NCBI GenBank assembly: GCA_018374635.1
Contig: JAHAEW010000004.1
Span: 11,007 to 75,006, forward strand
Length of the DNA: 64,000 nucleotides
Origin: Clostridiales bacterium
GTDB taxonomy: Bacteria > Bacillota > Clostridia > Oscillospirales > Oscillospiraceae
Direction: 5' to 3'
Shown here: positions 9,044 through 18,996 of the stretch, one piece after another
How positions within the stretch are numbered: the stretch's first letter is position 1
Layout: the number at the start of each line of letters is the position of its first letter
The notes under the pieces: model-generated
The model's database searches: none
Told to the model about the DNA's origin: nothing
Seen by the model: the letters and a program-made list of their open reading frames with translations, nothing else
Translations under genes and position numbers: made by a program

Positions 9044-10222
9044 CTATGCCCGGGTGTGGGCGCGGATCTTGCGGGCACAGTGGGTCAGATCCTCCGCGCT
9101 CAAACAGCCCTTCAGATTCCCGGCCAGCAGCTCCACCGCCCGGCTCACCGCCAGCTCGGCGGCCTCTTCGGGTTCCAGCTCCGCGCATCCGGCGGCCAGC
9201 ACCCGCTCCAGCACCGCCGCCTTGACCTCTTCGATGGCCCCCAGGCTGGAGCGGTAACCCTCCCACTGGCGGAAGCGCTCCATGGCGGCGGCGAGGATGG
9301 CCTCTCCCTCCGGCGGGATCACCCGCTCCACGCCGCAGCCCAGGGTGTCGATGTTGTAGAGGGTCACGCCCGCCCGCTCCCCCACCTGGGGGGCGATGTC
9401 CCGGGGGATGGCCAGATCCACCAGCAGGCGCGGGGGGCGGGAGAGGGCGGCATACTCCTCCTCCCCCACCGTGTAGTGGGGGCTGGTGGTGGCTGAGAGA
9501 AGAAGATCCATCCCCTCCATGGCCCGGTAGCGCTCCTCATAGGGGGCCACCGCGCACCCGGCGGGGACCACGGTCTCCCCATGGCGGTAGGTGCGCAGGG
9601 TCACCGTCACGGCGCACCCCGCCTCCCGCAGGAGCCGGGCGGAGAGCCGCCCCATCTCCCCGTTGCCGATGACCAGCGCCCGCTTGCCGGCAAGCCCCCC
9701 GGTCTCCTCCCGGAGGACCTCCACCGCCCGGGCCGCCGAGGAGGGGGACACGCCGCTCACGCGCACCTTGCTCCGGAGCTCTTTCCCGGCCGACACCGCA
9801 ATGCGGAAGAGGGTCTCCAGCACGCTGTCGGCGCTCCCCGCCCGCCGGGCGATGGTCAGAGCCTCCCGCACCTGGGAGAGGATCTGATCCTCCCCCCAGA
9901 TCCGGGAGCGCAGGCCGGCGGCCACCTCAAAGAGGTGGCGTCCCGCCTCCTCCCCCGACAGGGTCCGGAAGGCGCCGTCAAAGAGGGAGCGCTCCACCCC
10001 CGCGGCCTCGCACAGGAGCTGGGGGCCGGGGGGCAGTTCCCCCTCCCAGGAGCAGTAGAGCTCGGTGCGGTTGCAGGTGGAGAGGAGGACGCAGCCCCGG
10101 ATGCCGGGACGGCGGGCCAGCTGGGCGCAGACCTCCTCCACCCGGCCCTTGGTAAAGGAGAGCCGCTCCCGCAGGGCGATGGGGGCCCGCCGGTCGCTCA
10201 AACCGCAGTAATAAATTCCCAT
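9044..10222 (-). CDS. hemA: Glutamyl-tRNA reductase
   Basis: MGIYYCGLSDRRAPIALRERLSF...LSTCNRTELY is the HemA hallmark. The start is taken at the internal ATG at 10222. Confidence 0.9.
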   Translation of the reverse strand: MGIYYCGLSDRRAPIALRERLSFTKGRVEEVCAQLARRPGIRGCVLLSTCNRTELYCSWEGELPPGPQLLCEAAGVERSLFDGAFRTLSGEEAGRHLFEVAAGLRSRIWGEDQILSQVREALTIARRAGSADSVLETLFRIAVSAGKELRSKVRVSGVSPSSAARAVEVLREETGGLAGKRALVIGNGEMGRLSARLLREAGCAVTVTLRTYRHGETVVPAGCAVAPYEERYRAMEGMDLLLSATTSPHYTVGEEEYAALSRPPRLLVDLAIPRDIAPQVGERAGVTLYNIDTLGCGVERVIPPEGEAILAAAMERFRQWEGYRSSLGAIEEVKAAVLERVLAAGCAELEPEEAAELAVSRAVELLAGNLKGCLSAEDLTHCARKIRAHTRA

Positions 10223-10223
10223 C

Positions 10224-10916
10224 TCAGTCCCGGTCCTTTCCCGGCGTGAAGAGGACGGAGAAATAGCGGCTCTCCGGGTCCATGTCGGCCGCCCGGGGCC
10301 AGACCCGCTCCTCCTCCATGCCACAGTTGGAGACCGCCATGGCCCCCTCCAGCCGTCCATGCCGCTCCAGGGTCTCCAGGAGCCCGCCCAGACGCCGGCC
10401 GGCCTTCATGTAGATCTGATTGGCGGGGAAATCCACGCAGTCCTCCACGCTGTGGCTGGCCGGGACGATGAGCAGCCGCTCCTCCCCTTGGCACAGGCTG
10501 ATCCCCAGACGGGCCGCCACGGCGCAGAAAGAGGGTACCCCGGGGATCAGACGCGCCTCGTAGCCCCGCCCGGCCACCCGCTCATGGAGGTAGAGGTAGG
10601 TGGAGTAGACCGACGGGTCCCCCAGGGTGATGAAGGCCACGTTCTTCCCCTGGTCCAGCAGGGCGCACAGGGTGTCGGCGTTTGCCTCATAGCTCTGCGC
10701 CAGCAGTTCCTTATCCCGCACCATGGGCGTGGGGCAGGAGATGAGCTCTTTCCCCTCGATATAGGCCTGCACGATCTTGCGGGCGGTCTGTTCCCCGCTG
10801 CCCTTGTCGGGCATGGCCACCACGTCGGCCTCCCGCAGAATGCGCACCGCCTTCAGCGTGAGCAGCTCCGGGTCCCCGGGCCCCACCCCCACGCCGTACA
10901 GTATTCCTCGCTTCAT
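10224..10916 (-). CDS. cbiL: Cobalt-precorrin-2 C20-methyltransferase
   Basis: MKRGILYGVGVGPGDPELLTLKAVRIL..., a precorrin methylase family member with the short CbiL/CobI architecture. Confidence 0.8.
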   Translation of the reverse strand: MKRGILYGVGVGPGDPELLTLKAVRILREADVVAMPDKGSGEQTARKIVQAYIEGKELISCPTPMVRDKELLAQSYEANADTLCALLDQGKNVAFITLGDPSVYSTYLYLHERVAGRGYEARLIPGVPSFCAVAARLGISLCQGEERLLIVPASHSVEDCVDFPANQIYMKAGRRLGGLLETLERHGRLEGAMAVSNCGMEEERVWPRAADMDPESRYFSVLFTPGKDRD

Positions 10917-11767
10917 CTCGTTTCCTCCTTGTTGAGCAGCTCTAATACGGCCCGGCGGACTGCGCCGATCGTGGCGGCCGAACGGGGCAGGTCCACCCCG
11001 TCCTCCTCCGCCAGGATCTCCATCAGATGGGCCATCCGGGGCAGGCGCAGGTGGTTCTCCCGCAGCAGTCCGGGCCGGCAGACCAGCTCCTCCGCCGGCC
11101 CCTCCCCCGCCACGCGCCCTCCACTGAGCACATAGGCGTAGTCGCAGTAGAGAGGCACGATATCCATATCGTGGGTGGCCAGCAGAATGGTCATCTCCAG
11201 CTGATCCCGCAGGGCGGTGAGCAGGCGCATCAGCTCGCTCACCCCCTGGGGGTCCAGCCCCGCGGTGGGCTCATCCAAAATCATCACGCTGGGCTCCATC
11301 ACCAGGACCCCGGCGATGGCCACCCGCTTCTTTTGCCCATAGGAGAGGGCGTGGGTGGGCTTGTCCCGCAGGGCGGTCACACCCGTGCGCTCCATGGCCA
11401 GCTCCACCCGCCGTCGCACCTCCTCCGGAGGCAGGCCCAGGTTCACCGCTCCGAAGGAGATGTCCCGGTACACGTCGGCGGAGAAGAGCTGGTCGTCCGG
11501 GTCCTGAAAGACGATGCCCACCCGCCGGCGCAGCTCGGGCAGGTCCCGGCGGGTATAGGATACCTCCTTCCCGTCCAGCAGCACCCGCCCCCCGGAGGGG
11601 GTGAGCACTCCGTTCAGGTTGAGAAAGAGGGTGGACTTGCCCGCGCCGTTGGCCCCCAAGATCCCCGTGACCGCCCCCCGGGCGGCCCGGATGGAGATGG
11701 CGTCCAGGGCCCGGGTGCCGTCCTCATAAGTATAGCACAGTTCCCTTGTCTCAATGGCGTAGTTCAT
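10913..11767 (-). CDS. cbiO: Cobalt ECF transporter ATP-binding protein
   Basis: Walker A GANGAGKST, signature LSYGQKKRVAIA, Walker B ILDEPTAGLD. The start is at the internal MNYAIETREL. Confidence 0.85.
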   Translation of the reverse strand: MNYAIETRELCYTYEDGTRALDAISIRAARGAVTGILGANGAGKSTLFLNLNGVLTPSGGRVLLDGKEVSYTRRDLPELRRRVGIVFQDPDDQLFSADVYRDISFGAVNLGLPPEEVRRRVELAMERTGVTALRDKPTHALSYGQKKRVAIAGVLVMEPSVMILDEPTAGLDPQGVSELMRLLTALRDQLEMTILLATHDMDIVPLYCDYAYVLSGGRVAGEGPAEELVCRPGLLRENHLRLPRMAHLMEILAEEDGVDLPRSAATIGAVRRAVLELLNKEETR

Positions 11768-12546
11768 CCCAGCAAGCTCCTTTCCAGCGCCAGCGCGCCC
11801 AGCTGCGCCGCGCTCACTCCGGCCAGCACGGCATAGAGCCATTCCCCCGGCGCCGCGTCGGCGGGCAGGGTGTCCAGCCGCCCCTTGTAACCCCGGGATT
11901 CCAGGGCAGTAAAAGAGCGTTCCCCCTGCCGCCAGGCCCGGAGGAAGAGCATGGAGACCAGAGTTCCCAGGCTCTCCAGGCTCCTGCGCCAGCCCTGGTA
12001 GCCCAGCCTGGACTCCTGGGCCACCCGGATGCGCCCGGCGGTGTCCGTGAGGACAAAGATGAAGCGGTAGATCAGCTCCATCAGTTCCACCAGCAGCTTG
12101 GGCACCCGCAGCCGCTCCAGGGCCAGAGTCACATCGGTGACAGGCGTATTCAGGGAGAGGAAATACATGGCCGACACCGCCCCCACGGCCTTGCACAGCA
12201 CCATGAGGCTCAGGTCCCGGTATTCCGCCGTGATCCCCCAGCGGAAGCGGCCCAAAAGCTCCACCGACCACAGCGCGCCCTCCTCCGGTGACAGGGGGCG
12301 CACCAGGATGGTGAGACAGCCCACGGCCAGAAAGGCCAGCGGGATCTTCAGAAAACGGAGGACCGTCCTCAGCCTCTGCCCGCCCAGCCATACATTGAGT
12401 CCCCCCATCAAAAGGAGGGTGGCCGCCCCCACCACGGCGCTGTCGCAGCACACGCACAGGAGCAGGGGGATCAGCGACAGCCACAGCTTTGGGATGGCGT
12501 CCACCCGCCGCAGGCGGGAGGCATAGGCATAGCGATCGGTCCCCAT
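11764..12546 (-). CDS. cbiQ: Cobalt ECF transporter transmembrane (T) component
   Basis: 260 aa multi-TM protein in the cbiMNQO position. Confidence 0.75.
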   Translation of the reverse strand: MGTDRYAYASRLRRVDAIPKLWLSLIPLLLCVCCDSAVVGAATLLLMGGLNVWLGGQRLRTVLRFLKIPLAFLAVGCLTILVRPLSPEEGALWSVELLGRFRWGITAEYRDLSLMVLCKAVGAVSAMYFLSLNTPVTDVTLALERLRVPKLLVELMELIYRFIFVLTDTAGRIRVAQESRLGYQGWRRSLESLGTLVSMLFLRAWRQGERSFTALESRGYKGRLDTLPADAAPGEWLYAVLAGVSAAQLGALALERSLLG

Positions 12547-12550
12547 ATGG

Positions 12551-12841
12551 TCACGCGTCCTTGCTGTCCGGTTTCCGGGCGGTGATGCGGCCCAGGATAA
12601 AGCACACCACGCCGGACCCTACCGCCGCCTGGAGGGCGAAGAGCAGAGATTCGATCTCACCGCTGGCCGGCTCCAGGATGGGCTCAAACCAGGGTTCAAA
12701 CCCGGGCACGCTCTCCTCCACCAGTTCGGCGGCCATACCGTCGGCTCCGCCGAACTCAGCATCCCGGCACAGCCACAGGGGGGCCGCCGCCAGCAGGACC
12801 ACCAATAAAATGAGCACCGTATTTTTCTGCCAGACTTTCAT
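12551..12841 (-). CDS. cbiN: Cobalt transport protein CbiN
   Basis: MKVWQKNTVLILLVVLLAAAPLW..., about 96 aa with two TM segments, located between cbiM and cbiQ. Confidence 0.75.
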   Translation of the reverse strand: MKVWQKNTVLILLVVLLAAAPLWLCRDAEFGGADGMAAELVEESVPGFEPWFEPILEPASGEIESLLFALQAAVGSGVVCFILGRITARKPDSKDA

Positions 12842-12854
12842 GTTCCGTCCCTCC

Positions 12855-13568
12855 TTACAGCACCGAGAGCTCCAGCAGCTCGTCCCGGGCATACTTCTCC
12901 AGCACGTTGAAGACCACCACCGTCAGCAGTCCCTCGGCCACAGCCAGGGGGAGCTGGGTGACGGCAAAAATGGTCAGATACTCTCCGATGTTGCCGTAGA
13001 CCACGCCCAGCTGTACCGAGGTGGTCACATAGGTCATCAGGTCCCCCAGGGCCGCGGCGCAGAAGACCGCCACAGCGGGACGGACCTTCAGCTGCTTGAG
13101 CAGCAGGTACACGCCCCAGGAGACAAAAGGCCCCACGATGGCCATGGAAAAGACATTGGCCCCCAGGGTGGTAATGCCGCCATGGGCCAGCAGAAGGGCC
13201 TGGAAGAGCAGCACGATGAGCCCCAGCACTGTGGTGGCGGTGGGTCCGAAGAGGATGGCGCCCAGCCCCACACCGGTGGGATGAGAGCAGGAGCCGGAAG
13301 CCGAGGGGAGCTTGAGGGCCGAAAGCACGAAGGCGAACGCGCCGCACATGGCCAAAAGCACCTTGGCCCGGGGATAGTCCCGCACTCTCTTCTGGATGGA
13401 GCGCAGCCCGGCGACCACAAAGGGCGCACACACGGCCATCCAGCCAAAGACCCAGGGCCGGGGGAGATAGCCCTCGGCAATGTGCATGGCCGAGGCGCTC
13501 ACCGAGAGCAGGCCCAGCGCCATGCACAGGGCGGCGGACAGGCGGACACAGGAATCCAATCGTTTCAT
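12855..13568 (-). CDS. cbiM: Cobalt transporter substrate-capture component CbiM
   Basis: MKRLDS...MHIAEGYLP is the conserved CbiM N-terminal motif. RBS GGAAAGGA lies upstream of the ATG at 13568. Confidence 0.85.
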   Translation of the reverse strand: MKRLDSCVRLSAALCMALGLLSVSASAMHIAEGYLPRPWVFGWMAVCAPFVVAGLRSIQKRVRDYPRAKVLLAMCGAFAFVLSALKLPSASGSCSHPTGVGLGAILFGPTATTVLGLIVLLFQALLLAHGGITTLGANVFSMAIVGPFVSWGVYLLLKQLKVRPAVAVFCAAALGDLMTYVTTSVQLGVVYGNIGEYLTIFAVTQLPLAVAEGLLTVVVFNVLEKYARDELLELSVL

Positions 13569-13739
13569 GGTACATTCATCCTTTCCCAATTTGCACTTTG
13601 GTTGAAGGTCCCGCCCAAGCGGGACGGTCCTGCGTCCGGACTCACCCGGTACCGTTTTCTGCGTTCCACTGCTTCTTCACGGGAAACACACCTCCTATCC
13701 TCCGTAGCGGTATGGTTTGCCGGCATGGGCCGGTGTGGT

Positions 13740-13957
13740 CTGCGGCAGGTCTTCCGACTCTGGCCTCATGGCTCGCCCGCGTCTTCCCAGCCCGAAGGGG
13801 GCCAGTGACTGTGTGCGGGTCCGCTCTTCCATCACGGCAGCGGGACTGTGCGGGACTCTCACCCGTCTTCCCTTTTAAAACCGCCCCGCAGGGCAGTTAC
13901 CGCAGACCATCTCTTCAATATCCCGGAGCACGCTCCGGTGAGAAAGCGTCCCGCCAC
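13740..13957 (-). ncRNA. Cobalamin (AdoCbl) riboswitch controlling cbiMNQO-cbiL-hemA...hemL
   Basis: Minus-strand RNA reads ...AAAAGGGAAGACGGGUGAGAGUCCCGCACAGUCCCGCUGCCGUGAUGG...ACACAGUCACUGGCCCCCUUCGGGCUGGGAAGACGCGGG. These are the conserved GGGAA / GGUGAxAxUCC / GCUGCCG and B12-box (GUCACUGGC...GGGAAG) elements. Confidence 0.8.
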
Positions 13958-14764
13958 TCAGTCCGGGCGCTTGTCTCTCTCTTCTTCCCCCTGGGCCGCC
14001 AGGGCGTGGCCGGCAAAGAGGGCGCGGAAGGCCGGGTACTCCCCCAGGCCCCGCAGCACGCACTCCACCGCATAGCCCTCCCGCTCCAGGCGGCTCTTCC
14101 AGGAGTCCTCCTCCCCGCCCGCCATGTCGTTGGCGGCGTGGTCCCCCGCCACCACCATGAATGGCTGAAGCCGTACCCGCCGCACGCCGCTGCGCTCCCG
14201 CAGGCGGCGCAGGACCTGGTCCAGGGCGGGGTATCCCTCCACCGTCCCCAGAAAGGCCCGGTCCCAGCCCCGGTCGTGGAGGGCATACTCCAACAGGGCA
14301 TAGGCGGAATTGGCAAAATGTGCGCTGCCGTGGCCCATAAAGACCAGGGCCTCGTCCGCCCCGGGGGCGGGGATGGATTCCATCACCGCATCGGCTGCGG
14401 CCAGATAGTCCTCCGCCGTGGTGAGCAGGGGGTTCCCCACCGCAAAGCGGGCAAAGCGTCCCCGCCAGGGCTCCGCCTGGGCGCAGAGCTTGTCATACTC
14501 CTCCCCGTTGAGGATGTGGGTGGGCTGGAGGAGGACGTCCTCATAGCCCTGCCGGGCCAGACGCTCCAGCGCCTGGTCCACATTGTCGATGTGCACGCCG
14601 TCCCGCTGCGCCAGCTTGCGCAGGATCATGCCGCTGGTAAAGGCCCGGAACAGGTCCCGTCCCGGCAGGGCGGCGGACACAGCCGCCTCGATGCGGCTGA
14701 TATTCTTCTCCAGCGTCTCAGGATAGCTGGTCCCAAAGGAGACCATCAGAAGCGCTTTCTCCAT
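13958..14764 (-). CDS. cbiK: Sirohydrochlorin cobaltochelatase (anaerobic)
   Basis: MEKALLMVSFGTSYPETLEKNISRIE...FMGHGSAH has two-domain chelatase motifs, 268 aa. Confidence 0.8.
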   Translation of the reverse strand: MEKALLMVSFGTSYPETLEKNISRIEAAVSAALPGRDLFRAFTSGMILRKLAQRDGVHIDNVDQALERLARQGYEDVLLQPTHILNGEEYDKLCAQAEPWRGRFARFAVGNPLLTTAEDYLAAADAVMESIPAPGADEALVFMGHGSAHFANSAYALLEYALHDRGWDRAFLGTVEGYPALDQVLRRLRERSGVRRVRLQPFMVVAGDHAANDMAGGEEDSWKSRLEREGYAVECVLRGLGEYPAFRALFAGHALAAQGEEERDKRPD

Positions 14765-14782
14765 GGTATCTCACCTCACGTA

Positions 14783-15430
14783 TCACTCTCTCCGGTCGCC
14801 GGAGGCCAGGTAGAGCAGGGCGTTGCAGATGGCGGCGGCGATGTTGCTCCCCCCCTTGCGGCCCCGGGCCACGATGTGCTCCCCTCCCATGGAGAGGAGC
14901 AGTTCCTTGGACTCCACCACGTTGACAAAACCCACCGGCACGCCGATGACCAGCTCGGGCCGGAGCCGTCCCTCCTCCATCAGCTGGCAGGCCCGTACCA
15001 GGGCGGTGGGGGCGTTGCCCAGAGCCAGGACCACGGGGCCATCCAGCCCGGCGGCGCGCTCCATGGAGACGGTGGCGCGGGTCTCCCCCCGCTCCCTGGC
15101 CTCCGCGGCCACGTCCGGGTCGGACATGAAGCACACCACACGGCCGCCGAACCCCTCCAGCACCCGCTTGTTGACGCCCGCGCGGGCCATCTGGGTATCG
15201 GTGACGATGGTGCAGCCCTTCCGCAGGGCCTCCACTCCCCGTTCCACTGCATGAGGGGAAAAGACCAGGTTGTCGGCGTAGTCAAAATCGGCGCTGGTGT
15301 GGATGCACCGCTTCACCACGGCCAGCTGCAGGGCCGGGATGTCCCGCTCCCCCAGCTCGGCGGCGATGAGCTCCATGCTCCTGGCCTCGATCTCAGCGGG
15401 GGCCACCCGCTGCAAGTGGATCTCTCTCAT
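14783..15430 (-). CDS. cbiC: Cobalt-precorrin-8 methylmutase
   Basis: 215 aa. RCIHTSADFDY...ALGNAPTAL, CobH/CbiC family. Confidence 0.8.
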   Translation of the reverse strand: MREIHLQRVAPAEIEARSMELIAAELGERDIPALQLAVVKRCIHTSADFDYADNLVFSPHAVERGVEALRKGCTIVTDTQMARAGVNKRVLEGFGGRVVCFMSDPDVAAEARERGETRATVSMERAAGLDGPVVLALGNAPTALVRACQLMEEGRLRPELVIGVPVGFVNVVESKELLLSMGGEHIVARGRKGGSNIAAAICNALLYLASGDRRE

Positions 15431-15433
15431 GTC

Positions 15434-16937
15434 CTATTCCTCCCGGTTGAGAATGCGGTAGACCCGCTCCATATCCAGCCCCGCCCGCACAGCGTCGGCC
15501 AGGATGTCATACTGGCGCTCCTTGTAGTCCGCCCAGTCCAGGACAGCCTCCTGACTGCCCAGCCCTTTGGCCAGGCGCAGGCAGTTGACCAGCGCTCCGG
15601 CACAGCCGCCCTGGTCGAAGAGCCCATGGACATAGCTGCCCCACACGTTGCCACGGACCAGACCGTCGGCCTTTTCCACCCCGTCCAAGGTGTGCAGGCG
15701 GGCGCAGCTGCCGGCAGCCTCTCCCCGGGCGGTCTCGCCCATGTGGATCTCATAGCCCTCGAACGCTACGCCGTTCATACCCGCGAAAACTCCCTCCAGG
15801 CCGTGAAAGACGCCCTGGACCCGGGTGCGGGTCTTTTCTCCCCGGAACACGGTGCGCCCGGGCAGCAGGCCCAGGCCGGGCAGGCTCCCGCCCCCCTCCA
15901 CGCCGTCGGGGTCGGAGACCTCCTCTCCCAGCATCTGGTATCCGCCGCAGATGCCGATCACCGCGCCGCCCCGGGCGGCGTGCTTGCGGATGGCGCTCTC
16001 CAAGCCGCTGGCGCGCAGCCAGCGCAGGTCGTCCAGGGTGTTTTTGGTGCCGGGGAGCAGGATGAGGTCGGGCTCCCGCAGCTGGGCAGGGGTGGAGACA
16101 TACCGGATGGAGACCTCTGGAATGCGCTCCAGAGGGTTGAAGTCGGTGAAATTGGAGAGCTTTGGCAGCCGGATCACAGCCAGATCGATGAGGCCTACCC
16201 CGCCGCTGCTCCCCAGCCGCTGGGAGAGGGAGTCCTCATCATCCAGGTCCACGTTCACCATGGGCACGACTCCGGCCACAGGGATGCCGGTGCGCTCCTC
16301 CAGCATGGAAAGGCCCGGGCGGAGGATCTCTATGTCCCCCCGGAATTTATTGATGACAAAGCCCTTGAGCCGCGCCCGCTCTTCCGCCTCCAGCAGGGCC
16401 GCCGTGCCGTAGAGGGAGGCGAACACGCCCCCCCGGTCGATGTCGCCGCAGAGGAGGACCGGGGCGTCCACCATACCGGCCAGGCCCATGTTCACGATGT
16501 CCCCATCCTTCAGGTTGATCTCGGCGGGGCTCCCCGCCCCCTCGATGACGATCACGTCATATTCCCGCGCCAGGCTCTCATAGGCCTCCAGGATCTCCGG
16601 AATGAGCTCCCGCTTGTAGGCGAAATAGTCCCGCGCCTTCCAGTTGCCCCGGGGCACGCCGTTGACGATGAGCTGGGAGCCCACGTCGCTCACCGGCTTG
16701 AGCAGGATGGGGTTCATCCGCACGGAGGGCTCGATTCCCGCCGCCTCGGCCTGCATGACCTGGGCCCGGCCCATCTCCAGTCCCTCCCGGGTGATGAAGG
16801 AGTTGAGGGCCATGTTCTGGGATTTGAAGGGTGCTGCCCGGAGTCCATCCTGCCGGAAGATGCGGCAGAGGGCGGCGCACAGGAAGCTCTTCCCCGCGTT
16901 GGATGTGGTCCCCTGTACCATGATGCACTTTGCCATC
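15434..16937 (-). CDS. cobQ: Cobyric acid synthase
   Basis: MAKCIMVQGTTSNAGKS... in the N-terminal CobQ/CbiP domain plus a C-terminal glutamine amidotransferase domain (GICGGYQMLG). Start at the internal ATG at 16937. Confidence 0.85.
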
Positions 16938-17985
16938 AGTCCAGTACCTCCTTCAAGGCGTTGAGCAGAGTGTCGTTCTCCTCCGGGAGGCGGACGGCAA
17001 TGCGGTAGTCGCACGCCCCCAGTCCGGGGTAGTTGGCACAGGACCGGATCAGCACCCCCCGCGCCAGCAGACGCTCCTTCAGATCATCCCGCCCGGGCGC
17101 GGAAAAGAGCAAGTAGTTGGTCTCACTCTCCCACACGGTCAGGCCAAGGGCCCGCAGCGCCGCCGTCAAGCGGGCGCGCTGGGGGCGGATGACCCGCTCC
17201 ATCGCCTCCTCCGGCCAGCCGGGGCAGGCGCAGGCGGCGATGCCCGCGGCCTGGGCGGGGGCCGAGACGCTCCAGGGCTGGCCCACCTGGTAGAGCCGCC
17301 CGGGCAGCTCCGGGTGGGCGGTCAGACAGTAGCCCAGGCGCAGCCCGGGCATGGCGTAGCACTTGGTGAAGGCCCGCAGCAGCACCAGCCGGGGAAACTC
17401 CGAGAGCCGGCGGACCAGCCCCTCTCCCCCTCCGTCACAGAGATGGAGGAAGCACTCGTCCACCACCAGCCAGACCTTCTGCTCCTCCGCCCGCCGGAGG
17501 ATTTCCTCCAGCACAGGCTGGGCCGTCCGCCGTCCGGTGGGGTTGTTGGGGCTGCACAGAAAGGCCAGCTCCACCCCATCGGAAAGAGCGGCGGCAAAGC
17601 CCTCGTCCACCGCAAAGCCCCTCTCCCTGGCGAGAGGATAGCGGACCACCTCCCCCCCTGCCGCCTCCACGGCCTGGGCATACTCGGAGAAGGTGGGAGC
17701 GGTCACCAGCGCCTGGCGGGAACGCAGGGCAAGACACAGGCGGAAGATCACGTCGGCCGCGCCGTTTCCGCAGCAGATCCACTCGGCCGGTACCCCGTCC
17801 CGCCGGGAAATGGCCCGGCGCAGCGCCCGGCACAGGCTGTCCGGGTAGCGCTGGGCGTCCAAGACGGCCGCCTGGGCCGCCTCCGCCACGGCGGGGGGCA
17901 TCCCCAGCGGGTTCTGGTTGGCGGAGAAGTCCAGTACCGGTCCGGACTGGGCGTAGATGTCTCCGCCGTGAGTATAGATGGGCAT
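16936..17985 (-). CDS. cobD: L-threonine-O-3-phosphate decarboxylase (PLP aminotransferase class)
   Basis: 349 aa. HGGDIYA...NPLG...CSPNNPTG...FTKCYAMPGLRLGY, a CobD/CobC-type aminotransferase fold. Confidence 0.8.
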   Translation of the reverse strand: MPIYTHGGDIYAQSGPVLDFSANQNPLGMPPAVAEAAQAAVLDAQRYPDSLCRALRRAISRRDGVPAEWICCGNGAADVIFRLCLALRSRQALVTAPTFSEYAQAVEAAGGEVVRYPLARERGFAVDEGFAAALSDGVELAFLCSPNNPTGRRTAQPVLEEILRRAEEQKVWLVVDECFLHLCDGGGEGLVRRLSEFPRLVLLRAFTKCYAMPGLRLGYCLTAHPELPGRLYQVGQPWSVSAPAQAAGIAACACPGWPEEAMERVIRPQRARLTAALRALGLTVWESETNYLLFSAPGRDDLKERLLARGVLIRSCANYPGLGACDYRIAVRLPEENDTLLNALKEVLD

Positions 17986-18009
17986 AGAATGACTCCCTCC
18001 TTTTGGGAT

Positions 18010-18996
18010 TTAAAAGGGAAAGCGCAGGACCAGCAGCGGCGCTCCGCACAGCAGAAGCAGGGACAGAAAGGCCGTGCCATACATCAGCCGGTTGGCCCGC
18101 AGGATGTCCAGCGCCTCCACCGGGTGGATGGGGTCGCCCAGGGTGGGTTTCTCCACCCTGCGGCCAAAGTACACGACCGGACCGGCCAGCTGCACCCGCA
18201 GGGCCCCGGCGCAGGCGGCCTCGGTGTGGGCGGAGTTGGGGGAGGCGTGATTCCTCCGGTCCCGCCGGAAGATGCGTACCGCCTCCGGCCCGTCAAATCC
18301 GGTGAGAAAGGCGCTCAGACACATGAGCCCACCCGCCAGCCGGGCGGGCAGGAAATTGAGAGCGTCGTCCAGCCGGGCCGCAGTCCGTCCGAAGTTGAGA
18401 TAGCGCTCATTCTTGTAGCCCACCATGGAATCCATGGTATTGACCGCCTTGTAGGCCATCCCGGCCAGCGGTCCGCCCAGGGCCATGTAGCAGAGGGGCG
18501 CCACCACGCCGTCCGAGGCGTTCTCAGCCACCGTCTCCACCGCCGCCTTGGCCACGCCGGCCTCGTCCAGGTTCTCGGTGTCCCGGCCCACGATCATGCT
18601 CACCGCCCGGCGGGCCCCCGGCAGGTCTCCCGCCCGGAGGGCGCGGTAGACCTTCCCGCTCTCATCCCGCAGGGACCGGGCCGCCAGCAGCTGATAGCAC
18701 AAGAGGGTCCGCACGCCGAAATCCAGCGCCGGGTGGAGCCTGGCACACAGGGCGAGCACCAATCCGGTCACTCCCACAGAGAAAAAGAGCACCAGGACCA
18801 CCAGCGCCGTGCCGCCGGCGCGCTCTCCGCCCGGAGTTTTGGGAAAGATCCGCCGCAGGGGCCCCTCCAGCCCCGCGATCAACTGTCCCACGGCCCGGAC
18901 CGGGTGGGGAGCCCAGTGGGGGTCCCCCAGCAGCAGATCCAGGCAAAACCCCAGAAGCAGGGCGGTCAGGTTGGTCTGAAAAAAAGATTGTATCAT
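18010..18996 (-). CDS. cbiB: Adenosylcobinamide-phosphate synthase
   Basis: 328 aa membrane protein. LLGDPHWAPHPVRAVGQLIAGLE is the CbiB/CobD signature. Confidence 0.85.
   Translation of the reverse strand: MIQSFFQTNLTALLLGFCLDLLLGDPHWAPHPVRAVGQLIAGLEGPLRRIFPKTPGGERAGGTALVVLVLFFSVGVTGLVLALCARLHPALDFGVRTLLCYQLLAARSLRDESGKVYRALRAGDLPGARRAVSMIVGRDTENLDEAGVAKAAVETVAENASDGVVAPLCYMALGGPLAGMAYKAVNTMDSMVGYKNERYLNFGRTAARLDDALNFLPARLAGGLMCLSAFLTGFDGPEAVRIFRRDRRNHASPNSAHTEAACAGALRVQLAGPVVYFGRRVEKPTLGDPIHPVEALDILRANRLMYGTAFLSLLLLCGAPLLVLRFPF

Noticed and set aside
13598-17008. 1136-aa ORF on the + strand (and similar giants at 5186-7831, 16930-19011, 27765-29615, 23275-25011, 49121-51328)
   Set aside because: These are antisense to well-supported minus-strand genes (cbi/hem, kdpB). 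They have Ala/Arg/Gly/Pro-rich low-complexity translations typical of stop-codon-poor reverse frames in 65%-GC DNA. They have no RBS and no domain signatures.
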